Assembly: GCA_963781815.1 (NCBI GenBank)
Contig: CAWAHK010000003.1
Location: forward strand, 495,774 to 559,773
DNA from: an uncultured Pseudomonadota bacterium
Lineage (GTDB): Bacteria > Pseudomonadota > Gammaproteobacteria > Steroidobacterales > Steroidobacteraceae
Length of the DNA stretch: 64,000 bases
Reading direction: 5' to 3'
The notes beneath the pieces are model-generated. The model did no database searches, was not told the DNA's origin, and worked only from the letters and a program-made list of their open reading frames with translations. Every line of letters starts with the position of its first letter. Within the stretch, counting starts at the first letter, position 1. Positions 16,382 through 26,111 of the stretch are shown here, piece after piece. Both the position numbers and the translations under genes were made by a program.

Positions 16382-18076
16382 ATGCGTATGCAAACTTGGT
16401 TGCGCCGGGCCGTGTTCAGCGCCGGACTTCTATTGCAGAGCGGTTCTTTTGTGCAGGCTTCGCCACCTCACCGCGAGTTCTTTCAATGCAATGAACCGTC
16501 GGGAGTTTTATGCGCGGAGCAGCGCGAGAATCCTGGCGGCAGCGAGTATTACGTGGGTCACGACGAGCCCGCTGTGCTCTTTTACTCGAACAGTCCGGGC
16601 GCGGGTTCCAACAATGTCTACAGATTAAGGCTCCCAAAGGATCCGCCAATGCTGCCCAAACAGGACGCCAGCGGAGGAACCTGGAATTTTCAGCTGCGCC
16701 CGACCTTTTGGTTCGGGATGGCTATGTGCGACGATCAGGGTGATCCCAATCCGGGAGGGTCTCCCAGCGCCGGCCCCAACATTCCTTGCGCTCCGGCGAG
16801 CGACAGCAACATCTTTGACAGTCCCAACCCGGCCGCGCCCGACTACATCGGGAGGCACCCGGGTACCGCATTCATGGAAATGCAGTTCTACCCGCCAGGC
16901 TGGCTCTTCGCCCTCTTTGGCGAAGGCACGGCGACGCAATGGACCGCGGCGCTCAATATTGACAGTTTCCAGGACAACGCCAACACGGGCCAGAACAATA
17001 ACCCGGCGTGCCAGGCGATCACTAACGGCGAATACGTCAACTTTGCCTTTATCCAAACGGATGGCATGCCATTTCCCCCGGGTTCACCGAGCCCGCTCGG
17101 TCCGGCTGTGTCAACCAACGACAAGACGCTGCTCATGAATCCCGGCGATGAACTGATCGTGACACTCGCCGATACCGAGCACGGACTCAGGATCACGGTT
17201 GAGGATGTGACCACCGGGCAAACGGGCTTCATGGTCGCGAGCGGCGCCAATGGGTTTGCCTCGGTGAAGTGGGATCCCAACGGAACTGACTGCGCCTTTG
17301 CCACTCACAACCTCGCGCACGACTTCCATCCGGCGTACGCTACCTCGAGTGAGCACACGCGCGTGCCGGGCGCGGCCCATTCCTACAACATTGCCTTCTC
17401 CGACGAGATCGGACACTTCGAGTATTGCAGCTCGGTCGCTCAGGAGTTCGGTGCGTGTACGTCCCTTAAGGGCAAGGACAAGAAGCCGGGACTCGATGAC
17501 CTCCTGTGTGTCGATGCCGGATTTCTCGCGGGCTTCGGATTGATTCCGATCGGCGGCTGCATCGATGGCGATGCGGACTTCGACGGTGTTACCTATCGGA
17601 AGAATACCTGGCCGGGCACATTCAAGGATCCCGTCCAGGATGCGCTGTTCCATACCGAGCCGGTGATGTTCTCCAGTCCGTTGCTCACCGACAGCGCGGG
17701 CCGCAAGGTGAATTTCAGCCGCATTGCCTTCGAAGCCGACCTGCCGCGCATCGAGTTCGGCACAACCCCGCTGTGCCAGCGGCATCTGTCGAACCCCGCT
17801 GACGCGCATCCGGGACACGGCTGCGTCAACCCGCCCAAGGGCGCCGCCTTCTATCCCTTCTTCAGCACGCGGTTGGATGGCACCGGCTGCCGATGGCAGG
17901 AGGGGGGCCCGTTCATTCCTGGAACGCTGGACGATTTCGGCGGGAGCTCAACGACGGAATTCGGGCCCATTTTGGCGCTCTTCTACCCTGCCTCGAACGC
18001 TCAGCCCCAATTCATCTACGAGGACTTTCGCCAGATTCTGCCGTTCAATCCTTGTCCCACGTTTCAAGACGAGTAG
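16382..18076 (+). CDS. secreted hypothetical protein (no family recognised)
   Basis: 564 aa. Signal peptide MRMQTWLRRAVFSAGLLLQSGSFVQA. GGGGAG RBS. GC3-rich codon usage like its neighbours. It contains YYVGHDEPAVLFYSN and several Cys pairs. Confidence 0.7.
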   Translation: MRMQTWLRRAVFSAGLLLQSGSFVQASPPHREFFQCNEPSGVLCAEQRENPGGSEYYVGHDEPAVLFYSNSPGAGSNNVYRLRLPKDPPMLPKQDASGGTWNFQLRPTFWFGMAMCDDQGDPNPGGSPSAGPNIPCAPASDSNIFDSPNPAAPDYIGRHPGTAFMEMQFYPPGWLFALFGEGTATQWTAALNIDSFQDNANTGQNNNPACQAITNGEYVNFAFIQTDGMPFPPGSPSPLGPAVSTNDKTLLMNPGDELIVTLADTEHGLRITVEDVTTGQTGFMVASGANGFASVKWDPNGTDCAFATHNLAHDFHPAYATSSEHTRVPGAAHSYNIAFSDEIGHFEYCSSVAQEFGACTSLKGKDKKPGLDDLLCVDAGFLAGFGLIPIGGCIDGDADFDGVTYRKNTWPGTFKDPVQDALFHTEPVMFSSPLLTDSAGRKVNFSRIAFEADLPRIEFGTTPLCQRHLSNPADAHPGHGCVNPPKGAAFYPFFSTRLDGTGCRWQEGGPFIPGTLDDFGGSSTTEFGPILALFYPASNAQPQFIYEDFRQILPFNPCPTFQDE

Positions 18077-18101
18077 GCATCCCTAGCCTGAGCGTCGAAA
18101 C

Positions 18102-18132
18102 CCAGAAAGGGCGGTATGCCCGCCCTTTCTGG
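18102..18132. terminator. perfect 13-bp-stem hairpin between convergent genes (putative bidirectional terminator)
   Basis: CCAGAAAGGGCGG-TATGC-CCGCCCTTTCTGG read directly. Only a short T run (TTT) lies on the minus-strand side. Confidence 0.55.
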
Positions 18133-18253
18133 TCGGCGCGGGAGGTCCCCCGGGCTTCAGGCGTAGCAGCGTGGTGGCGGCTCAGCGAGTGACTACCCGT
18201 CGCCGGGCCGATGTGCGTCGTCCGCTCAATTATGGCGACGGCCGTCCACAGAC

Positions 18254-20374
18254 TCAGGGAACGATCTTCCACGCGACGATGCTGTTGCCGGCCGGAACTA
18301 CGAGCCAACCTTCGCCCGCACCGAGGCCCGTCAGCTGATCGGCGTTCTGCTCGTCAGGCCCGTTGATCGGCGTGCCGGTACTGCCGCTCCAAACGACGGC
18401 TCCGTCGGAAGCGTTCAGCGCGTACACGTTGCCCGACGAGGAAGCGACAACGACTACGCCGTCGATAACGATCGGCGCCGTCGTAAGATTGCCGTCCCCT
18501 TGGAATGTCCATAGTGAGCTGCCGCTAGTTTGGTCGACGGCCGTCAGGGTTGAGAGATTTGTCTGGCTGTCAGTACTCCGGAAAAAGCCGCCATCTGACG
18601 AGAATGCCGGCATTGCCGAAGGGCCAAAGGACCCAAGCTGCGCTCCGCTTTCGGCATCGAAGATCTGATCCGATGGCGAACTTGCATAGTCGCGGGTATA
18701 GAGTTTGCCGTTTGCGTAGACGGAAGTGAGGCCGCCACCGCCCGCGCATCCGCCCGCGTAATGCCACAAAGGTGTGCCCACCAGCGGGTCGAACTTGTAA
18801 ACGTTACACGGTACCGAGACGAAGACTCCGTCGCTCGAAACTGTGGGGGGACCCTTGCCGCTGCCTGTTCCCGTCGTCCACAGTACGTTACCGTTGGCCT
18901 CGTCGAGGGCAGTGAGTCCACCCAGATAGATGACGCCGTTTACAGCGGTCGGCGGGCTCGTCGAGTAAACGACAGATGGCTGCGCCACGGTCCACAGTGA
19001 CGACCCAGTCGCCGCATCGATGGCTCGAACCGTCCCATCAAAATTCACGACGAATACCGTGCCGTGATCGTACGCGGCCGCGGAGAACTCGTACGTACCC
19101 GGAATGGTGATCGGCCCCCACACGATTGCGCCGGTGCTGAGACTCAGCGCATATAGCGAGGTTCCGTACGCCGTTGGATCGGTGGCATTTGCCCCGGTCG
19201 TGACGATCACAAGCCCCCCCGCAATGATCGGGTAGGAGACTGGACCGTTCAGCGTCATTGACCAGCTTGCCGTCGGCGGAAACGTGGGCCCGTTGGCGCC
19301 CATTGTCGCGCGCCCGGAATGCGCGTAATCGATCTGGAACGCCACCGACTGACTGAGCGGCGGTGTCGGGGAGGGGTTTGCTACAAAGACGTGAACTTTG
19401 GCAGTCGCCGAGAACGCGCCCAGCACTGCAGTCACGGATGCATCCCCGCCCGCGACGCCGGTTATCACGCCGTTGGTGCTGGCTGTCACCTTGGTGGGAT
19501 CAGATGAAGTCCAGGTTGCCTGCGCCGTTATGTCGCGAGTCGAGCCATCCGCATAAACGCCCTGCGCCGTTAGCTGAACCGTCTTGCCGGGAGAGGCCGT
19601 AACGGCTTGCGGCGCCACGGTGACGCCCGTAAGTGTGGAACTCGCGTCCTGCAGGGTGAGCCCGGCGTAGTGGAAACCACCGATCACCAAGGCGGAGCCT
19701 TGCGCGGCTCCGGCTACTGGCACGACATCGACGATGCCGACGAGCAGAAAGCGATCGCCGGCCGAGATGCTGTTACCGGAAATTGTGTTGGCACTGTCCG
19801 TCGCCGGCAAGATCAGGAAGCTGCCGTCAGCGGGGAAAACCAGATTGCCGCTCGTATCGAACACGCCGAGGGCATAGCGCGAGCTGCTGTCCGGCGTTGC
19901 ACCTGACCAGCTTACGAGGTTGTCGGATCCGCTGGACCATGTGCTGCCGGATGCAGGGCTCAAGATCGTCGGGTATGCACTGAACTGTCTCCCGGACGCG
20001 TTATAGGCAACGCCTCCGACGTTTACGCTGACAGCGACGTCAGCCCCCGGGGTGACGTTGATCGCCCCAAGGTACTGCGCGGCCGCACTCGAATAGTTCA
20101 AGGTCGTGCCATTTACCTTCACCACGGCAGTGGTGATCGGTGAACCATCCTGGGCAGTCACCTTTAGGCCCGCGTCGGTGTTGAAACCGGTCGGCAAGAA
20201 GCCCGGCGGACTGGCGCCCGTGGGAAAGCTCAGGACACTAGCGACGATGGTCGGCTGCGGATTCGATCCCCCGCCGTCTCCCCCACCGCCGCCTCCGCCG
20301 CCTCCGCAGGCAGACAGTGCTCCGCATCCGAGTAGGGCGATCCCGATCTGGCGGACCCGCACAAGCAGTCTCAT
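18254..20374 (-). CDS. lipoprotein with poly-Gly tether, Big_2 Ig-like domain and C-terminal PQQ-like beta-propeller repeats
   Basis: Lipobox LSAC followed by GGGGGGGGGDGGGS. Big_2 block: VTVAPQAVTASPGKTVQLTAQGVYADGSTRDITAQATWTSSDPTKV. Repeated propeller motifs: LYALSLSTGAIVWG, VRAIDAATGSSLWT, LDEANGNVLWTT, VYALNASDGAVVWS. Confidence 0.8.
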   Translation of the reverse strand: MRLLVRVRQIGIALLGCGALSACGGGGGGGGGDGGGSNPQPTIVASVLSFPTGASPPGFLPTGFNTDAGLKVTAQDGSPITTAVVKVNGTTLNYSSAAAQYLGAINVTPGADVAVSVNVGGVAYNASGRQFSAYPTILSPASGSTWSSGSDNLVSWSGATPDSSSRYALGVFDTSGNLVFPADGSFLILPATDSANTISGNSISAGDRFLLVGIVDVVPVAGAAQGSALVIGGFHYAGLTLQDASSTLTGVTVAPQAVTASPGKTVQLTAQGVYADGSTRDITAQATWTSSDPTKVTASTNGVITGVAGGDASVTAVLGAFSATAKVHVFVANPSPTPPLSQSVAFQIDYAHSGRATMGANGPTFPPTASWSMTLNGPVSYPIIAGGLVIVTTGANATDPTAYGTSLYALSLSTGAIVWGPITIPGTYEFSAAAYDHGTVFVVNFDGTVRAIDAATGSSLWTVAQPSVVYSTSPPTAVNGVIYLGGLTALDEANGNVLWTTGTGSGKGPPTVSSDGVFVSVPCNVYKFDPLVGTPLWHYAGGCAGGGGLTSVYANGKLYTRDYASSPSDQIFDAESGAQLGSFGPSAMPAFSSDGGFFRSTDSQTNLSTLTAVDQTSGSSLWTFQGDGNLTTAPIVIDGVVVVASSSGNVYALNASDGAVVWSGSTGTPINGPDEQNADQLTGLGAGEGWLVVPAGNSIVAWKIVP

Positions 20375-20573
20375 GATGTCGTTGCCCCTCGCCCGCTGCC
20401 GCGCCCGTTGTCGTTGTTTGCTGGTGCGCGTAATACCCTTAAGATCAGGCTCACGCTTACGCTAACACGCCACCATCGGCTCATCAATCAGGTGCAGTCG
20501 AAGACAACCGCGCTCGCTCCCACGTGGCCTCGCGGCAAGCAGCGCGTGGCGGCGTGCAAGCAGGTGTCTGGGC

Positions 20574-20704
20574 ATGAAGAACATCCTGATTGCCTGTCGG
20601 GGCGAAATATGCGCCCGCGGGCCGATGCCGCGAATCGCGAGGAATTCATTAGAGTCGCCTCGGCAATGATGCCGCACGCGATATTGTCATGGGTCACCAA
20701 CTAG
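20574..20704 (+). pseudogene. multiply frameshifted relic of a biotin-carboxylase-type (ATP-grasp, Biotin_carb_N) N-terminus
   Basis: ATG AAG AAC ATC CTG ATT GCC TGT CGG GGC GAA ATA encodes MKNILIACRGEI. Consecutive consensus pieces then appear in three different frames: ..AR.., RCRESRGI, IRVASA. Compare the consensus KILIANRGEIAxRxxRAxRExGIxxVAV. Confidence 0.4.
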
Positions 20705-21001
20705 ACCGGTTCTAACCGAGAAACGTAGCGGGCGACCTGGTACGTGCAGGGACCCAGTGTTAGGCCCGATGTCGGCAATCCCACGCTCGCGGCAGGTGCG
20801 AACCTCGTGTCGGGAAAGCATCACGGCGTTATGTGATCAGCCGCGCGACGCCCGTCACGAAAGGCCCCGGAGTGGCCAACACAGCGCTCGTTCGGCGACT
20901 GCTCTCACATACCAGCAACAGACGCCTGTGACGCCGGTTGGCTAGTTTCGGATGCGAACTGTTGATACTGGGCTTTCAAAATAAAGCCCGAAAGCCAGGA
21001 A

Positions 21002-24000
21002 ATGCCTCTCCTTCGTCCCGACACGTACTCTGCCCGACTGATTGCATGCGCCCTATTGTGTGGATTTTTGGGCCTCGAGGCGGGTTGCTCAGGCGGCGGT
21101 GGGAGTGGCGGCGCAGCCATGCTCTCCACGAATAGTGCACCGACCATCAGGTCGATCGAGATCACGCCCGCTAATGCGCACCTGGCAGCCGGTACGAAGG
21201 CACAGCTCACCGCGACAGCGGTATTGAGCGATAACACCCACAAGGACATCACTGCGCAGGTTGCCTGGGCATCCTCCAACACCACCGCGGCGACCATCGG
21301 CAGCTCCGCACCGTCCAGTGGTATGGCGACGGCCCTCAGCCCAGGCTCCACGACCATCTCCGCGGCCACCGGCGGAGTCATGGGTCAGACCATGCTGGCC
21401 GTTACGCCGGCGATGCTGACATCGATCCAAGTGACCCCGCCAAGTCCCACGGCAGCGAAAGGGACCACGGCACAGTTCCGGGCTACCGGTGTGTTCTCGG
21501 ACCACTCGACACAGGATCTGACTTCCCAGGTGCGGTGGTCTTCGGCGGACCCTGCAGTCGCCACAATCAGTAGCGCGGCCGGCTCCGCGGGACTCGCGCT
21601 GGCGAGGGATGTCGGCTCGACGCACATCACCGCCGCTTTCGACGGCGTCACCTCACCCGCCGCGGGTCTGACCGTCACCGCCGCGACGCTCACGTCTATC
21701 CAGCTAACGCCACCGAGCGCGAGCATCCCAAACGGCCTGACGCAGCAATTCACCGCGACCGGCATCTACAGCGATAACTCGACGCAGGATCTGACCTCGA
21801 TGGTCACCTGGGTATCCTCCGACCCGGGCGTGGCCAGCGTCAGCAATACGGCTGGCTCTGCCGGTCTCACTGCCGCGACGAGCGTCGGCTCGGCGACCAT
21901 CGGGGCAAGCCTGGGCGCCGTCAAGTCGCTCAACGCGAACCTGACGGTGACGGCAGCGACGCTGACTGCGATCGAGGTGACGCCGCCGAGTCCGAACATC
22001 GCTAGCGGCCTGACGCAGCAGTTCACCGCCACCGGCATTTACACCGACAAGTCCACGCAGGACCTGACGTCCGCAGCGACCTGGTCGTCATCGAACGCGT
22101 CCGTTGCCACCGTCAGCAACGCACCGGGCTCGAATGGCCTCGGCGTCGCCGACGGGGTCGGAACGAGCAGCATCACCGCGGCCTCTGGGCTAGTGACCTC
22201 ACCGGCTGCAACGTTGACCGTGTCTCCAGCAACCCTGGTTTCCGTCCAAGTCACGCCCCCGAGCCCGAGCGTCGCGGCCGGGCTGACGCAGCCGTTCACG
22301 GCGACCGGCACCTACACGGATGGTTCCAGTCAGAACCTGACGCTGGCGTCGACCTGGTCATCGTCGAACTCCGCCGTGGCGACTATCAGCAACGCATCCG
22401 GTTCCATCGGCGTGGCATTTGCCACCGGTACGGGAGCCACCTACATCAGCGCGACTTTCGACGGAGTCACGTCGCCGACCGTCTCGCTCGCCGTGACGGC
22501 AGCGACACTCGCCAGCATCCAGGTAACACCGCCCACCCCGAGCATCGCGAACGGGCTGACGCAGCAGTTCACCGCCACTGGCGTGTACACCGACAACTCG
22601 ACGGAAGATCTCACCACGTTCGTGACCTGGGGCTCATCCGACACCAGCGTGGCGAGCATCAGCAGCGCCGCCGGGTCAACCGGTCTCGCCACGGCGGCGG
22701 GCGCTGGCTCGAGCAGCATCAGCGCAAGCTATAACGGCGTCACCTCGCCCGATGCTACGCTGACCGTGACCGCCGCGACATTGGTCTCAATCCAGGTGAC
22801 GCCGCCCAGCCCGAGCATTGCGAATGGGCTCACCCAGCAGTTCACGGCCACGGGCATCTACACGGATAACTCGACGCAGGATCTGACGGCGACGGTGACC
22901 TGGATGGCTTCGGACGGCAGCGTCGCGAGCATTAGCAACGCGGGCGGCTCTTCCGGCCTGGCAACCGCGACGAAGGTCGGGGCCGCCTCAATCACCGCCA
23001 ACCTCAACGGCGTCACCTCGCCCGATGCTACGCTGACCGTGACGGCCGCGACGCTCGTGTCCATACAGGTGACGCCGCCCAGCCCGAGCGTTGCGAATGG
23101 GTTGACGCAGCAGTTCACGGCCACCGGCATCTACACCGATAACTCCGCGCAGGATCTGACCGCCGTTGCAACCTGGCACTCGACGAACCCGGGCGTCGCA
23201 ACCGTCAGCAGCGCCTCGGGGTCAAGCGGACTCGCCACGGCTGCGGGGGTTGGCTCGACCGATATCGGTGCGAGTTACAACGGAGTGACCTCCCCCGACG
23301 CGGCGCTCAGCGTCACGGCCGCGAAGCTCCTGTCGATCGAGGTGAGCCCCCTGACCCCGAGCACCGCCAAGGGCCTGACGCAGCAGTTCATTGCGACGGG
23401 CACCTATACGGATAACTCCACTGCGAACTTGACGACGGCCGTGACCTGGACGTCCTCCGACGCCGGCGTCGCGAGCATCAGCAATGCCACCGGGTCCAAC
23501 GGCCTCGCCGCGGCGGCGGCCGTCGGGACGACCAGCATTAGCGCTAGTTACAACGGGGTGACGTCGCCCGATGCCACACTGAGCGTCACGCCGGCAACAC
23601 TGGTGTCCATCCAGGTAGCACCGTCGAGCGCGAGTATCACGAACGGCGCGGCTCAGCAGTTCACCGCCACCGGCACCTACACGGATAATTCGACGCAGGA
23701 CCTGACCGGGGTAACGACCTGGGCGTCCTCCAGCGCGGCCACTGCAACCGTGAGCAATGCGGCCGGGTCGAACGGCCTTGCGACCTCGGCGGGGCTCGGA
23801 TCCACCAGTATCAGCGCCAGCTACAACGCGGTCGCGTCGCCCAGTGCGACCCTGACCGTGGTGGCGGCCACGTCGGGAGTAGCGGGTGTCTGGACGGCGA
23901 CGGCCGCGCCCGGGGAGACCGCCGGCATGATCTCGGACGCAGCCGGGAACTTCTATTTTTTCACATCGACTGCGACCTGCCTGGGACTCTACAACGGCAC

Positions 24001-24535
24001 CCTGTCAGTCGCCGGCTCGACCGTCAGCGGCGCAGGCGATTTCGCGCCCTATCTCTTTGGCCCGAATTCTGGATGTCCAGCAGCGGTGCACGAAAACTAT
24101 TCCGGCTCTCTAGTCCCCGGTGTGTCCATGACCTTATCCGCGACCCCGAGCGGTGGTGGTGCGACCACGTCCACGATCACCTGGACGTTTGATCCGAGCT
24201 ACGGGCATCCTTCAGCGCTTACACTGATTGCCGGCAGCTGGGGAATGCCGGGGGGCTCCGTCGCCTCAATCAGCAGCACCGGTGTGATCGCGGCGCACGA
24301 CGCTGCGACCGGATGCACGATCAGCGGGCAGGTATCGGTCAGTGATACGACCGTCAATCTCTACAACGTCAGCGCCACCTACTCGGGTTGCACGGGTGGG
24401 GCTGCCGCATTGAACGGTGTCGCCCTAAGTGGCCTGGGGACATTGGACAATTCGGTGACACCCACGCACTTCGACGCGGCGCTGAGGTCAGCGAACAAGA
24501 AGACCATGTCTGGCTTTGACTGGGCCCAACAGTAA
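21002..24535 (+). CDS. large surface lipoprotein with 10 tandem Big_2 (bacterial Ig-like group 2) domains and a unique ~220-aa C-terminal domain
   Basis: 1177 aa. Lipobox LEAGC plus a SGGGGSGG tether. Ten repeats of 90-91 aa of the form L(V/T)SIQVTPPSPSIANGLTQQFTATGIYTDNSTQDLT..VTW.SSD..VASISNA.GS.GLATA..VGS.SI.AS.NGVTSP.ATLTVTAAT. Confidence 0.9.
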   Translation: MPLLRPDTYSARLIACALLCGFLGLEAGCSGGGGSGGAAMLSTNSAPTIRSIEITPANAHLAAGTKAQLTATAVLSDNTHKDITAQVAWASSNTTAATIGSSAPSSGMATALSPGSTTISAATGGVMGQTMLAVTPAMLTSIQVTPPSPTAAKGTTAQFRATGVFSDHSTQDLTSQVRWSSADPAVATISSAAGSAGLALARDVGSTHITAAFDGVTSPAAGLTVTAATLTSIQLTPPSASIPNGLTQQFTATGIYSDNSTQDLTSMVTWVSSDPGVASVSNTAGSAGLTAATSVGSATIGASLGAVKSLNANLTVTAATLTAIEVTPPSPNIASGLTQQFTATGIYTDKSTQDLTSAATWSSSNASVATVSNAPGSNGLGVADGVGTSSITAASGLVTSPAATLTVSPATLVSVQVTPPSPSVAAGLTQPFTATGTYTDGSSQNLTLASTWSSSNSAVATISNASGSIGVAFATGTGATYISATFDGVTSPTVSLAVTAATLASIQVTPPTPSIANGLTQQFTATGVYTDNSTEDLTTFVTWGSSDTSVASISSAAGSTGLATAAGAGSSSISASYNGVTSPDATLTVTAATLVSIQVTPPSPSIANGLTQQFTATGIYTDNSTQDLTATVTWMASDGSVASISNAGGSSGLATATKVGAASITANLNGVTSPDATLTVTAATLVSIQVTPPSPSVANGLTQQFTATGIYTDNSAQDLTAVATWHSTNPGVATVSSASGSSGLATAAGVGSTDIGASYNGVTSPDAALSVTAAKLLSIEVSPLTPSTAKGLTQQFIATGTYTDNSTANLTTAVTWTSSDAGVASISNATGSNGLAAAAAVGTTSISASYNGVTSPDATLSVTPATLVSIQVAPSSASITNGAAQQFTATGTYTDNSTQDLTGVTTWASSSAATATVSNAAGSNGLATSAGLGSTSISASYNAVASPSATLTVVAATSGVAGVWTATAAPGETAGMISDAAGNFYFFTSTATCLGLYNGTLSVAGSTVSGAGDFAPYLFGPNSGCPAAVHENYSGSLVPGVSMTLSATPSGGGATTSTITWTFDPSYGHPSALTLIAGSWGMPGGSVASISSTGVIAAHDAATGCTISGQVSVSDTTVNLYNVSATYSGCTGGAAALNGVALSGLGTLDNSVTPTHFDAALRSANKKTMSGFDWAQQ
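21146..23872 (+). repeat. 273-bp-period in-frame tandem repeat array (10 units) encoding the Big_2 domains
   Basis: Units counted from the translation (one of 90 aa, nine of 91 aa). Units 6-8 (about 22510-23330) are the most similar at DNA level, roughly 90% by eye over the junction segments. Confidence 0.85.
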
Positions 24536-24684
24536 GCGCACGCCGCGGGTGTGGCGCTTGTGCGAGCATTCCCGTCCTTGACCTCGCCTCGCGCACTGAA
24601 TTTGAATGCAAAAGCACAGCCAGGCGTACCGGACCTCCGACAGATCGCACACCTCTTAGGGTCCGGAAGGGCTAGACTGGCGGC

Positions 24685-25014
24685 GTGAAATACCGCTTTG
24701 TCGCGTTCCTGATCATGCTCGCGGTCGGACTTCAGGGGCCGCGCCTCGCTTACGCAGCGGCGGTGACAGCTAAGACCATGCCTGCTTCCTGCGCGGGCCA
24801 CCTGCTGGGTCAGGGCAGCCAGGATGGATCTTCGTGCTGCCCGCAGGGCATAGCACCGGGCCTTTGCTGCCCCGGCGGCGTGGTTTTGTCGGGGCCGCCC
24901 GGAGCCTTCGCTGCACGCCCTGCGATCCGGGCGCGTCTACTCCCAGCAGCGTCGGCATCCGCGGCATTCGCCACGGAACGTCCCGCCCCTCCTCTCCGAC
25001 CTCCCATCCGCTGA
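24685..25014 (+). CDS. small secreted Cys/Pro-rich protein
   Basis: GTG start. Signal peptide MKYRFVAFLIMLAVGLQGPRLAYA. Two CC pairs: SCCPQGIAPGLCCPGG. No family recognised. Confidence 0.4.
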   Translation: MKYRFVAFLIMLAVGLQGPRLAYAAAVTAKTMPASCAGHLLGQGSQDGSSCCPQGIAPGLCCPGGVVLSGPPGAFAARPAIRARLLPAASASAAFATERPAPPLRPPIR

Positions 25015-25113
25015 GTCCATCGTCGATCGAGTGAGCTGAGGTGGCGCATGCGCCCCTGAGCGTCGCGCTGCGCGCGTCCGCGCGTTGCAGTCTTGGTGGC
25101 CTTGGAGAGTCTC

Positions 25114-25767
25114 ATGGTTCGTTGGTTTCTAGCGCTCGCAAGCGCAGTCGCGCTTGCCGCGTCCGCAGACGCAGTGGCCAAGCCCATCGCCTTCACGGGC
25201 GGCTCTACAGTGATGGCGGAATACGGAGCCGGGACAATGGAGGAGCTACAGGTCTTCTACGCCCCGCGCTATGACTTCTCCTACGGCGGTGGCCATCTCC
25301 GGCTCGACAGTGACGAGACCACCAAGACCCGCAACATTACCTATGCTCGACTGAACTACCTCGCTCACCGCTGGAATCTTGATGACGCCCAGGCAAACAT
25401 CTTTGTCTGGGGTGGGATGGGCGGCGCAACAGGCAATACCTTCGGCGGCAGTGTCTTCACCGGAAACGCCGGAGCGCAGGCGGACTACGAAACCCGCCGG
25501 GTCTACGCCTCCCTCAAGACCGACTGGCAGGGAAGCTCCGAGTTTTCGCATCGAATCGACACGCTGCAACTGGGATTTGCACCCTACAAGCACGATTACG
25601 GTGGCCTTGCGACCTGGATTCTGCTCCAGGCTCGCGACTATACCGGCGGGATTCACAGCGGGACGGAAACCGCGCTGCTGCTGCGACTGTTCAAGGGCGG
25701 TGTCTGGGTCGAGGCCGGCGTCACGAACGGCGGCAAGCTGCAGGCCATGGCCATGTTCAACTTCTGA
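25114..25767 (+). CDS. small outer-membrane beta-barrel protein (family not recognised)
   Basis: Signal peptide MVRWFLALASAVALAASADAVA. Alternating hydrophobic beta-strand pattern. C-terminal ..AMAMFNF ends in Phe as OMPs do. GGAGAG RBS. Confidence 0.6.
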   Translation: MVRWFLALASAVALAASADAVAKPIAFTGGSTVMAEYGAGTMEELQVFYAPRYDFSYGGGHLRLDSDETTKTRNITYARLNYLAHRWNLDDAQANIFVWGGMGGATGNTFGGSVFTGNAGAQADYETRRVYASLKTDWQGSSEFSHRIDTLQLGFAPYKHDYGGLATWILLQARDYTGGIHSGTETALLLRLFKGGVWVEAGVTNGGKLQAMAMFNF

Positions 25768-25778
25768 GGAGGGCATTC

Positions 25779-26111
25779 ATGAAGCTCCCAATCTTTGTTC
25801 TCACCTCTTTGCTTATCCTGGCAGGTGCAGTGGCACAGGCCGAGACGATAGAGATGAACGTCAACGGTCTCGTCTGCGCGTTCTGCGCACAGGGTATCGA
25901 AAAGCAGCTGCGCAAGTTTCCGGCGACTGCCGACGTGGTCGTGAGCCTCGAACATAAGCTCGTCGTCGTCGCTCTGAAGGAGGGCCAGGACATCCCGGAT
26001 ACTGAACTGCGCCGGGCCCTGACAAACGCCGGCTACACGGTAAAGGGCATCCAGCGCACCGCAACACCTATCGCGGAGGTGCGCGATCGCCTCAAGCAGG
26101 CAAAGCCATGA
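25779..26111 (+). CDS. periplasmic heavy-metal-associated (HMA) domain protein, MerP/CopZ-like
   Basis: Signal peptide MKLPIFVLTSLLILAGAVAQA, then IEMNVNGLVCAFCAQGIEKQL (GxxCxxC metal loop) in a ferredoxin-like HMA layout. GAGGAGG RBS. Confidence 0.8.
   Translation: MKLPIFVLTSLLILAGAVAQAETIEMNVNGLVCAFCAQGIEKQLRKFPATADVVVSLEHKLVVVALKEGQDIPDTELRRALTNAGYTVKGIQRTATPIAEVRDRLKQAKP

Noticed and set aside
21766-23130. Series of minus-strand 90-aa ORFs (21766-22038, 22039-22311, 22858-23130) all starting MPVAVN.CV.P.
   Set aside because: They are phased exactly with the 273-bp Big_2 repeat on the plus strand and are a mirror artefact of that repeat, not genes.
21146-23872. Regular 273-bp periodicity considered as a CRISPR-like or satellite array.
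   Set aside because: There is no repeat/spacer alternation. The whole array is one continuous reading frame encoding Ig-like domains.
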